NCBI GenBank assembly: GCA_964016885.1
Contig: OZ024741.1
Span: forward strand, 179,304,001 to 179,368,000
Source of the DNA: Eledone cirrhosa
Lineage: Eukaryota
Direction: 5' to 3'
Length of the DNA stretch: 64,000 nucleotides
The notes beneath the pieces were generated by a model. The model was not told where the DNA came from. It saw nothing but the letters and a program-made list of their open reading frames with translations, and made no database searches. The translations under genes were made by a program, and so were the position numbers. Shown here piece by piece: positions 1-10,918 of the stretch; the first letter of the stretch is position 1, and every line of letters begins with the position of its first letter.

Positions 1-71
1 AGCACATTTAACCCTTTCATGATCACATTTCTAATGAAATGTACTGTATTTCAATTACCGTATTTCAATTA

Positions 72-232
72 CCGTATTTCCCGGCGCCAAAGACCCTTCG
101 TCCTCGAGGATGCACTCTAATTTTGACAACCAAAAATTAAAAAAAAAATAACTTTCAGCCTCCAGCACACATGGTAGACTTTTTAGACTTATTTTAGGAA
201 AAAAGTAGCGTCTTCGATGCCAGGAAATACGG
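72..232. mobile_element. Tc1/mariner-pogo (Tigger-like) MITE
   Basis: Terminal inverted repeats CCGTATTTCC..GGC / GCC.GGAAATACGG flanked by TA on both sides; non-coding interior. Confidence 0.7.
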
Positions 233-557
233 TAATTAGTAAAAAATGTTGAAGGATTCACTAAAATTGTTATATTACTAAGAGAGCAACTTAATATATG
301 GTTCTTATATCAAATTATACTGGAATATTTTAACTAAAATAGGAACCCTGGTTTCGTTTTATAGAAAGTTTGGTTGGGGCTGAGTTGGTATCAAAAGGAT
401 TAATAAAATGCCCTAAAAACTCTGCCAATTTTATATTTTGAAAAAAAAATACTCATTTGAAACTGATGAAAAAAATCATAAATATATTTTATTATATAAA
501 GAGAAATAAAATTGTTTTAAAAGGAGACAACTGCAAGCTGACATGCCTTGCTTTTGT

Positions 558-685
558 CTAACTCTCCTCATCCGTGTCTGATAGAAGTAAGAGTTCATCT
601 AAATCTGGTAATGTCATATTTTCAACTTCAGGTTGGAAAGAAGGCATCTGTGCTGAGTATAAAGCTGTCTCAAAGAGTCCTTGTT
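558..685 (-). CDS. Securin/PTTG1-like protein, last coding exon (EQGLFETALYSAQMPSFQPEVENMTLPDLDELLLLSDTDEES*)
   Basis: Polypyrimidine+AG acceptor (ccttttttttctag); phase matches the preceding exon; open to TAG at 560-558; AATAAA at 493-488. Confidence 0.75.
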
Positions 686-1334
686 CTAGAAAAAAAAGGA
701 AACGAGGAATTTAAGATTAACAAAAAGTTTTGGGCTTGTAAATGTTAAGCAAGTTAAATTATTTGAAGAGACATTTTAACCATTCAACAAAACACCAAAG
801 CATACAAAAACCTAAGTTCAACAAGTGATTAACTCTTAACATCCTGTACCACATTAATCTGCATTAGCAAGACATTCTTGAAAAGTGTAAAACAACACTA
901 TGTCTGAATCACATTAAAAACTAATGTCTTCAGTTTACAGTGAACTCTTACAATGATCTATCCACAAATACCAGCAATCAATACTGGCCAGTAACTAAAT
1001 TTCAAATAAGTTGATGTGAAATTGTCATTGATCAGGCCTCAAGAAGTGCAACAAAAGCCTTTTGTTAGCATATTTCTAATGAAATGCACTGCCAATGGGT
1101 TTCAATTAATTTTGAAAAATAAAAAAAATTAGAGGAATTTAGTAAAATAATTATATTTTTTCATTACTTTACAAAAATTTATTACAAGAAATTATGATGG
1201 GAAGTATTAATATAAGTATGAACACATTTGTGTCACAAAAGCAGAGGTGGTTTAAGGTATTTTGAGATCAAAAGGGTTTTTTTTTTTCGGGGGGGGGGGG
1301 GGGGGTTAATGTTTAAAATAACTCTTTCATAATA

Positions 1335-1520
1335 TAATTGTTTCTACTTTTGGCACAAGGCCAGCAATTACCCAGTGCATTACTGGTACTTTATTTTATC
1401 GACCACGTAAGGATGAAAGGCAAAGTTAACCTCGGCAGGATTTGAACTCAGAATGGCAAGGGCCGTAACTCTATGCGTCAAAGCATGGCGTCCGACCCTC
1501 TACCGATACTGCCAATCCAG
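1335..1520 (-). mobile_element. SINE family A copy (others near 10340-10520, 31480-31630, 33420-33700, 41250-41450, 42780-43150, 63520-63790)
   Basis: Recurring block aattgtttcta..ggcacaagg..ttttatcgacc..ggatgaaaggcaaagttaacctcggc.ggatttgaactcagaa; the reverse strand has a B-box-like GAGTTCAAATCC. Confidence 0.7.
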
Positions 1521-1629
1521 GTCACAAAGAATATAATGAAAATTTAGACACAAAGATAAATGTGAAAAGTGTGTGTGAGTGCTGCTGAATAGCTAAAATG
1601 ATTTGCCCCCAATATTTATACATCATAAA

Positions 1630-1892
1630 ACATCCAGTCCACACTGTAAAGTGGTCATGTAGGTGTCACAACAAAAAGCACCCAACCCTCACTGTAAAGT
1701 GGTCGTGTAGGAGACACAGCAAAAAGCACCCAGCACCCACTGTAAATGTCGTTGGCGTTAGGAAGGGCATCCAGCCATAAAAAAAGCAGCTAAAAACAGT
1801 CCTATATGAGCGAGACACAGTCACCCGACCCAACTTGCCTCAAATGGAACAAACCCATCTAACCCATGCTAGCATGGAACAATGATGATGAT
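1630..1892 (+). mobile_element. RTE-type 3' UTR / SINE tail fragment
   Basis: Reverse complement of the 3' UTR of the RTE at 14910-15200; ends in an (ATG)n tail. Confidence 0.7.
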
Positions 1893-2129
1893 AAAAGAAT
1901 ATGATAAAATATTTGATTCTGACATAAATTCCTTTAAGGAACAGCAACATTTACAACATTCCTGCACAAAAATGAAAAGTCCATGCATCCATCTCTTTGT
2001 CCATCACTTCCTGTCTTTTCTATGTCATTTCTGGAAAGATTTTGTTATGGCTCAGTACGCTTCTTATTGTCTGTTATTTTACAGAGAGCATTGGATACAT
2101 TTTAACATCTATAACAAAAATAATTTAAA

Positions 2130-2395
2130 ATAATAATAATAATGAAATGATTGTGTACAATGCTCAGGTGCACTACAACTCATCAAAGGTGCATGTATAG
2201 TACATAGAATAATGTACAAATGTCAGGAAAATGAACAGTGCAGGAGTCATGATATACATGTGTGCCTGTGTATGGAGTGAGGATATCAGGTGTAGTGTTG
2301 GCGAATTTCAGGAAGCATGGAGGTTTTAAAGGATGCAGTGTCTCGGCAGCTCACAACTGATGCAGGTAGTTTGTTCCATGCTTCAGCAACTCTGC
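2130..2395 (-). mobile_element. CR1-clade LINE 3' end fragment
   Basis: Closely similar to 11558-11790, including the (AAT)n tail. Confidence 0.75.
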
Positions 2396-2532
2396 TCTTC
2401 TTCAATCCCATATTATCATGAAATGAGAATCAGAATATGGAACCCAACAAGCATCTCAGCAGCAGATATCAAATTTCCAAATCCAATGTTTGTTTTGGTT
2501 TTTTTTTTTATTTAGTTGTGGCTCTAAGTTAA

Positions 2533-2740
2533 CCCTTTCGCATTTAAACTGACCATATCCGGCCAGAATTCTCATACCTCTTTCTGTTCAAACCACTGTA
2601 AACTGGCCACTCATACTGACGTTAAGGTATTGTTCTCAAAATAAATGATATCAAAATCTAATAGATTCGATATTATGTGAGATAAAGCCTTTACCGTGAA
2701 AATACAATAGTAAATACAGAGTAATGTAAATGCTAAAGGG
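2533..2740 (+). mobile_element. piggyBac-like MITE (~210 bp); further copies at 3867-4085 (+), 5448-5623 (-), 49135-49355 (+), 54296-54490 (-)
   Basis: TIR CCCTTT(A)GCATTTA / TAAATGCTAAAGGG, TTAA flanks in most copies, shared interior across five copies. Confidence 0.7.
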
Positions 2741-3535
2741 TTAAAATCCCACTGAAGTCAACAAAATACCAGTGAAGTACTCGGGATGATTCTTCCTTTC
2801 TCATGTTTTCTTTCTCTTAAAAAATCGGCTGTTATGACTCGTAGAGAGATGGGCTCCACCAAGTTTTAAATTTTCAAATGTATCAGGACCAGGACAGTGC
2901 CACTATGACTACATTTGGAGTTGAGGACACCATTCTTTTCCTTTCCTTAATGGTTCAGGTATTGGGCTCACAATCTTAATGTGATGGGTTTGATTCCCAG
3001 ATTGGATAGTATGTTGTGTTCTTGAGCAAAACACCTTCAGTTCATGGTGGGAATGTCATCTTCTCTCAGTTGTGGGTGCAATAAAATGCACCCAGTACAC
3101 TCTAAAAAGGTTGAAGTGAAGATAATGTAGTGCAGAGAAGACTTTAGTCCTGACAAACCACTGGAAACAACAGTGAAGAAACTTTTAGCCTTATATAGGA
3201 CATATTTCTAGTGTTTGTGATATAAAATGCACTTTCTGAAAAGTGGTTGGTGAACAACTGGAGAGGGCATAACATTTCTAGTTCTACTGCCAATATAGAA
3301 ATCCACCTAGTACACTTGATATAGAGGTTGACGTTAAGAAAGGCATCCAGCCATGAAAACCATGTGAAAAATGAATGTATAAGCAAGACATGGCCCTTTG
3401 GCTCATTTAGAGGAATAATAACTGACTCAGACCATGACAACCCACCGCAACTCACGACACCATGGAAAACAGATATAAAATTATGATGGTGAAGATTATT
3501 TGGAGTGAAATCAACTGAAATAATAGCAGTTATAC

Positions 3536-3685
3536 CTGAAAGTATTGGCAACTCTTCATTGTCAGAGATTGCATGATCCGAGTCACTATCTTGCCAAATT
3601 TTAAAGCATGATGGCTTCCAGCTTAGAAGTTTGTCTATGTATGAGCTGCCACGTTCTTTTTTGGGCCAAATATCTTCATAGTCAT
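3536..3685 (-). CDS. Securin/PTTG1-like protein, coding exon 4 (DDYEDIWPKKERGSSYIDKLLSWKPSCFKIWQDSDSDHAISDNEELPILS)
   Basis: ttttccag acceptor, gtataa donor, 150 nt, phase 1-1, no stops. Confidence 0.75.
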
Positions 3686-5108
3686 CTGGAAAAGAATTAA
3701 ATCGATATTTATGAAAAATAAATGAAACAAAAAAAATGTTTTTTTTTAACTTTTGATACTAATCTAGCTAAAACTAGCTCTAGTTCTGTTAAACAGAACC
3801 ACCCATTTTAAAAGGTTTCTGTTTAAAATAAAACCTTTCAATATTATTTTATATAAAAACCCTTAAGCCTTTAGCATTTGAACCAGCCATATCCAGCCAG
3901 AATTCTCTCACCTCTTCCTATTCAAACCAGCTGTATCCAGCCACTCATACTGATGTTAAGGTATTATTCTAAATAAAAATAATATCAAAATCTCATAGCT
4001 TCATTATTATGTGAGATAATTATGAGGTAAAGTCTTTACCGTGAAAATACTATAGCAAATATAGAGCAATGTAAATGCTAAAGGGTTGTTATGTTACAAA
4101 TACCATCTTAACTGTTTTGATACAATACTGTCTAAAAATCGCCCTGGTTCTATGATACTAAGCTGTTTACTTTAAAATGCTTATATTTATCTAAAACGTC
4201 CATCATAATATCATGTTAAAACCTTTGTTGTTCTAAACACCAACTTAATGATGAGAAATTCATCATCATCAACATTTTACGTCACTAGCATGGGTTGTCC
4301 TGTTGTGGGCAATGTTAGGTCGGCTGACCTTATCTTGCTCATACGGGAACTGATTTTGCCTAACACCAACCTCCTTTACAGTGAGTGCTGGGTGCTTTTT
4401 TCCGTGGCACCTACACGTCCACTTTACAGTCTGGGTGCTTTTTTGTCGTGACACTTCCATGACCATTTTGCAGTGGGAGGGGATGGGGGCATATTGCCTA
4501 TATGCTTCAGCTTGTTCCCGTGGGAAGTTGGATCTTCTGTATTACTACTAAATCCGTTCAAATTCTTAATTATTTTCAAAATCAACTGAAAATTATTCAG
4601 TGTCTTTCATTAGAAATATGGTAATGAAAACATTGATAGGAGCCCCAGTCCTACCATTATTTTTTTTCAGTGACAAGGATTCAAATTAAGAACACAGAGT
4701 TGATTTAGTCTCATGGTCACATCTGCAACCACACATAGCTCACACATTAGGTTAACATCACTCCAACTCACAGAAATTGAATCTGAGATTAATTAGGAAC
4801 ACTTGTACTATAAGAATATAGTAGTTATTAAAGATTACAAATTTATGATTCAGTAATGAAACTAGATACTGATAATTGTGGTATGTTAATGGACAAGAGT
4901 GGTTGTGTAGGTAGGAGCACTAGTTCATTATTTTGCCTGTGAGCAAATGTTATGAGAGCCCCGCCATAAAGTATTGGTCAGCTCAAGGCTCTAGTAGAAG
5001 ATACTTGCCCAAGATACTGATCATTAAAACCATGTGGTTCCAAAGCAAATGTCTTAACCATACCACACTGCCAGCACCTCAAAATATATTGACTTAGTTA
5101 AAGTTTAC

Positions 5109-5229
5109 CATTTTTCTGTGGTGGTCTGTGAGCTTTTTCAATATCATCGTACGTGTTCAGATTCTTACTAGGAATCAACGAACTTTTAAATTGTTTGTCA
5201 ACACTTTTCTTTGGTTTAAAATCTTGTTT
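5109..5229 (-). CDS. Securin/PTTG1-like protein, coding exon 3 (KQDFKPKKSVDKQFKSSLIPSKNLNTYDDIEKAHRPPQKN)
   Basis: ttctgttgcag acceptor, gtaaac donor, 121 nt, phase 0-1; YDDIEK resembles the separase-binding (D/E)IE motif. Confidence 0.78.
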
Positions 5230-5741
5230 CTGCAACAGAAAAAGGAAATATATTTAGACAAACATTATTCTTTTACTATTTTCAGTCATTAGACTCTGAC
5301 TTTAACCCTTTCATCACCTATGTTTTACAATTAATTTTGTGAATAATCATTTTAATTAAAGAAAGCTAGTAAAATAACTAATATTATTTAGCTGGATGTT
5401 CAGTACAGACTCTTCCATAACATTTTTTATTCAAATATGAAGTTTAACCCTTTAGCACATTACTCTATATTTTCACAGTAATTATTTCACATATCGAATC
5501 TATGAGATTTTGATATTTATTTTGAGAACCTTAACATCAGTATGAGTGGATGGTTACAGCTGGTTTGAGCAGAAAGAAATGAGAGAATTCTGGCCGGATA
5601 CAGCCAGTTTAAATACTAAAGGGTTAAAACAAGAGGTTTGTTATCCTAGAACTGGGGTTGTTTTGGGGAAGGTTGATATCAAAAGGGTTAACTATAAATA
5701 ACAAGGTTGTATAAACCTCCCAAAAAAACAAGAGAACTTAC

Positions 5742-5935
5742 CAACTTATTTTCTGAAATATTTGCGAGAGCAGGACGAGTCTTTTTCTTCTTACAAGATT
5801 CCTTTTCAGTATTTTGTTCCCCAAAACCAACTGCTTTTGATAAAGGTGTTTGCCCAGTACGCAAAACTTTATTGATGTCCCCCAGAGCACGGCGTGGGGT
5901 GGCAAAGTTATCTTGGAGATCCTTCTGGTTAGAAA
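5742..5935 (-). CDS. Securin/PTTG1-like protein, coding exon 2 (two D-boxes: RRALGDIN and RPALANISEN)
   Basis: gacag acceptor, gtaag donor, 194 nt, phase 1-0, open frame with RxxL destruction boxes. Confidence 0.8.
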
Positions 5936-6974
5936 CTGTCCATAAATAAAATTTTAAATTAAAAACTTTATCTACAATAATTAGTTATAACATTTCATAG
6001 TTTAAAAAAAAAACACTTAAGTTTTATTGCAGTTATTTGTGGCATTATGCAACTGAGAGGAACACCAGTCCATCACTAGGTTAACCCCAACCCTTAGCCT
6101 AGCTACAACTACCGCTAGTATTCCTATTTTTCCAGCCATCTGGTCCAGAATTCAAACCCATAACTTTATGATCGTGAGATCAACACTAATCACTAAGTCA
6201 TGCACCTTTACTTGTCATACTATAGCCATTTTAATTTGGCATCACCACCACCATCCACTCTCACACTAACACACTAACAATTCCCTCAATCCACCACAGT
6301 ATATTACTGGTACTTTATCAACACTAAAAATGCGAAAACCAAAATTGACCACAGTGAGATGTCTAGTCTAGAGTGGCTGGGTATACCAACACTACCAGGC
6401 AGAATAAATTGACATGCTGGAATATTGAAAATTTTGAGAATCCCTGTTTAAAATAACCAAATTCCCCTTTAATCACTGCACCAATTACACTCTGCAAAGT
6501 GATTGATGTTAGAGAAGGATTCCTACCAAAATATGTAATGTATAAGCAATTTGTGGTCTGAGATCCCTAGGGAGACGCAGAGTGGCTTTGGGCTTCCACA
6601 ACAAAAAACATTTAGTCCACCCTGTACAATGATCATACTAAAAATATGACAAGGGGAAGCACCCAATCCATTCTGTAAAGTGTTTGTGCTGGTGACAATG
6701 AAAAACCACCCAGTTAGATGGTTGTTTTAATGTCATGATAGAAAGCATCCAGTCAATACTGTAACATGGTTGGCATTAGGAAGAGCTTCCAACTGTAGAA
6801 ACCAAGCCAAAATACAGTTCTGTAAGAGCTAGATACAATCACCTGGCTGGCCTGATTTCTCTAACATGACAACTCGTCTAACCCATGCAAGCATGGAAAA
6901 TGGACATTAAATGATGATGATGAAATAAGGTACTCACTACGTTAGTAGAAAATAAGTATATCTATTTTATTTAG

Positions 6975-7345
6975 AAATGAATTCTATAGGACTAGAACTG
7001 TTTCATTTGTATGAAACCATCAGGAATGTCAGACAAAAATTCATCAAATTCATTATTTATAGGTTTATTTGGGATGAATGTTGAGAAGGAGGAGTATAAA
7101 GATTAGGAGGTGAATGGAGGTGAAGAACAACAGAGTAAAAGTAAAAAAGAAGTGTCTTCCTTTTTTTTTCTCCTTTCTTCACTGCGACCATCCCCCTCCC
7201 CTACTCTATCTTCATACTCCTCCTTCTCAACAGTCATCCCAAAGAAACCTATAAATAATGAATCTAACCAATTTTATGACATTCCCGATGACTTCATATG
7301 AATGAAACAGTTTAAGTCCAGTGGAAGTCATTCCTATATAAAATA
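6975..7345. repeat. Degenerate fold-back inverted repeat, possibly a Penelope-like element remnant
   Basis: Arms ~6975-7110 and ~7200-7345 are reverse complements with moderate divergence; each has a C(T/C)GATG..GAAACAG hammerhead-like motif. Confidence 0.55.
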
Positions 7346-7354
7346 CACTAATTA

Positions 7355-8150
7355 TCATCACCGTTTTATCATTATCAATGTTTCCATGCTAGCATGGGTT
7401 AGACAAGTTGTCCTGTTGTGGGCAATGCCAGGTCAGGTGACCATGTCTTGCTCATACGGGACATGATTTTGGCTCGGTTTCTACAGCTGGATGCCTTTCT
7501 TAACACCAACCTCATTTACAGTGAGTACTGGGCGTTATTTTACTGTGGCGCCTACACGACCACTTTACAGTGTGGAGTGGGTGCTTTTTGTCGTGACACC
7601 TACACGACCACTTTACAGTGGGAGGGGTGTGGGGGCATATTGTCTATATGCTTCGGCTTGTACCCATGGGAACTTGGGTCTTCTGTATTACTGTTAATGC
7701 CAGAGGTCTCGGTCCTGTGTCATCGCCTTTGAGAGATGCAATTGGGCAAGGTCAGTTTTTATCACCTCATTCCAGGTCTTCATGGGTCTCCCCACTCCAA
7801 AGCTTCCATCGACTTTTAGTACTCTGCACCTTTTTATGCAACTGTCATCCTTCCTACACATCACATGCCCATACCAACGCAATCTCCTCTCCTGCACACA
7901 TTTGATTCCTTTAATGCTTAGTCTCTCTCCCTTAATTCGTTTATGCTTTGTCATTCGCGTATATTACTATTATACATCCATTGGAGCATGCAAGCTTCAT
8001 TTCTTTCTAATCTACGCAATTCTTCGCACACAACGCCCAGGTCTCACTACCATGTAACATTGCTGTTCGTATGCACGCATCATACAGTCTGCCTTTCATT
8101 TGGGGGGAAAAGCTTTTTGCAGCTAACAGTGGTAGTAGCTCCCTGAACTT
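7355..8150 (-). mobile_element. RTE LINE 3' fragment (older copy of the family at 14910-17367)
   Basis: ORF 7694..7954 (RRLRWYGHV..GRPMKTW) and 3' UTR align with the long RTE copy. Confidence 0.85.
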
Positions 8151-8389
8151 CCAAGTTATAATTCCATCCTTTAATATTCTAAATTATTTTTATCTTAAAC
8201 CTAACTCACACGCAGACTTAATTTAACCTCTATCCTCTCATGAACAAACAATAAAAGACAAAATCCTCCAATTATCACCAAACAATCATGCAGTGCTTCT
8301 ACCCCTGAAACCCAAGAAAAGAGAAAGATACTCATGCAGCTCCGTCCCTATCAAGCACAGAACCACTAATTCCATGAGGTGCACAGTGT

Positions 8390-9050
8390 AATTTATGGAC
8401 GCACAAGAGATGCAGTGGGATTGCAGGCAGGTTAATGGAAGATATAAAGCACAAAGAGCACAAATGAAAGATGCCTTTAGTTGCCAGGGAGGCTCCCTAG
8501 AAATAGTTGACAGCTTTTGTTATCTGCGCGGTCAAATTAGCAGTGGAGGATGATGTGCCAAAAGTGTGATAGCTAGGATAAGAACAGACTGGAAGAAGTT
8601 TAGAGAGATGTTGCCACTGCTGACAACAAAGGAGTTTTCTCTCAGAGAAAAGAGTAGATTGTACAAGGCCTATGTACTAACTGCAATGCTACATGACAGT
8701 GAAACATGGGCCTTGCCTGCAGAAAACATGTGGAAGCTAGAAAGAAATGAGCCAAGTATGCTCCAAAGGATGTGTAATGTTAGTGTGTATGAGCAGTAAA
8801 TTGAGGGAAAACTTGGCATGAGAAGAATTGGATGTAGTATATAAGAGAAGACTGTATTGGTAAGGACATGCGATGCATAAAGAAATGCAGAGAAACCCCA
8901 GTGGCTGGGACCCATGGAAGAGGCAGACTCGGGGAAAACATCGGATAAGGTTGTGAAGAGCGACCTTAAAAAAAACTAAACCTCACAACAGAAATGACAA
9001 AGGACCACAAGGGCTGGCATAATGCTGCATTGGTGAAGACCCAGCCTACA
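8390..9050 (+). mobile_element. Degraded RTE LINE C-terminal fragment
   Basis: ORF 8566..8799 ARIRTDWKKFREMLPLL..AMLHDSETWAL matches the RTE C-terminus; stops and frameshifts present. Confidence 0.8.
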
Positions 9051-10098
9051 GCATACGATGTGGCCCGACTTATCCTTGAGTCCCCCTCCCCTCCCACTAG
9101 AACTCCCTAACAGGTACTATCACCATCATTACAGCACCCACACATACATGCACCCCCTACACTCACTCCTTAGCTGCTTCCCCCTTAAGTCTCTAGACTC
9201 CCTCACTATAGCACTCTGGTAGCCACTCTCCTCACACTTATGTACCCCACCCATACTCCTGCCACATTATTCCACCCATGCTCTCTCCTGTATTCCCCCT
9301 AAACCCCTTAGATACTCTATCACCCCTCTAGTAGCTAACTCTCTGCACCCCTACCCATTCCCTTCCGCTATCACTCCTTAGCTATTCTCTTCATCACTAC
9401 ACCTCCCATTTCCAGTACTGGTGAGTGACACTCCCACTACCTAAGTGTTCTGATCTTCATAGAAAAAAAAGGATCAAGAGGACCCTTCAGTTATGCAACA
9501 GTCCAGCAACCTCTCTAGTATTGATCTACACAATATACACACCCAATACATGTTGTAAAGTGGCTGGTGATAGGAAGGGCATATAACCGTATAAAGTTGC
9601 CCAAACAAGAGTTAGGACTCCTCCTCTCAGTCATGTCAAAGACATGAAGGCCCCTCTAGTGTTGGTGATAGGAAGGGCACCCAGCCATAGAAAGCTTTCC
9701 AAAGAAAGGGTTGGGAGAACCCTTTAGTTGTGTCAAAGACATGGCAACCTCTCATGAGTACACAGTAAAAAGTGAGACATATGTAAGATGCAGACTCTTG
9801 ACCCGTGAGGGGGGGGGGGGGGGGCACTTCAGTATTGATTTGGTTTGTGTGAACTTATCCAATCCTTGTTAGCAAGGAAAGGGAATGTTAAAACGACAAT
9901 GATACATACATACACACACACACACACATAACAGGCTTTGTACAGTTCTGTCTACTAACTAGATTCACTAACAAGGTTGGCCGACAGAAAGTGCCATGCA
10001 ATAGAAGCAAATTTCTTAATCACATGCCTGTACTGTATAGCATGGACAGACATTTTTTTCTATGATAATTAAAATAAAAAGTTGATAAAGATACATAC

Positions 10099-10171
10099 CT
10101 CCTCTGCTCTTTAAATTGGCTGAGAACCCAACATTTTCTTTGGCTAAAAAGTCCAAATGTACTGATGTCAT
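10099..10171 (-). CDS. Securin/PTTG1-like protein, first coding exon (MTSVHLDFLAKENVGFSANLKSRG)
   Basis: Acceptor at 10180-10179, ATG at 10171, KEN box at residues 11-13, gtatgt donor in phase 1. The five exons sum to 666 nt (221 aa + stop). Confidence 0.8.
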
Positions 10172-10918
10172 TGTGAAACTGCCATAAAAAGGAAGAGAAA
10201 AAGCAAATCTAGATTAATAGTAGTTGATAGCTTTTGCTACCTATATGACCTAATTGGTTATGTAGGAAGTCGCTCTAAAAGCATAGCAGCTAAAATAAGA
10301 GCAGGATGGAAACAGTTCAGGGAGCTACTACAAAAGGTAATAATTGTTTCTACTTTTGGCACAAGGCCAACAATTATCCCAGTGCATTACTGGTGTTTTA
10401 TTTTATCGACCCCATAAGGATGAAAGACAAAGTTAACCTCGGCGGGATTTGAACTCAGAACGTAAAGGGCCATAACTATACTGCAAAGCACGGTCTCTGA
10501 CGCTCTATCGAATAATGGTGGAACAGTATGATGGCAAAAGCAAAGCTTAGAAAACAGATATGGAAGGACTGGCAAGATGAGGGAAGCAGAGAACAATACC
10601 AAGAAGCTAGGTGTCAAGTACACACTGCAAGAGAAGTAGAAAGGAAGGGGCTATGTAGCCGGTAAGAGTGTCCGACACCATGAGTGCGGCCCGAGTTAAG
10701 ACAATTTGAACTCTTTGCCACCGTCAATTGTTAAAAAAACAAGTCAAAATCATTTAGTTGTCCATTCGTAACGTACGTTACACTTTAGTTACATACACGC
10801 ACTACACGTAAATGCATAAACAGATACACACAACAGCAGGAAGGGGCTGTGGAATCGGATTCCACTACCCCTTTTATAATCGATCGCTGTTCCAGCATCG
10901 ATCTGGGTAGGGAACTAA

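Noticed and set aside
3144-3551. 135-aa ORF as a stand-alone gene
   Set aside because: Only the first few codons overlap the securin-like exon; the rest runs through intronic SINE/RTE-tail sequence.
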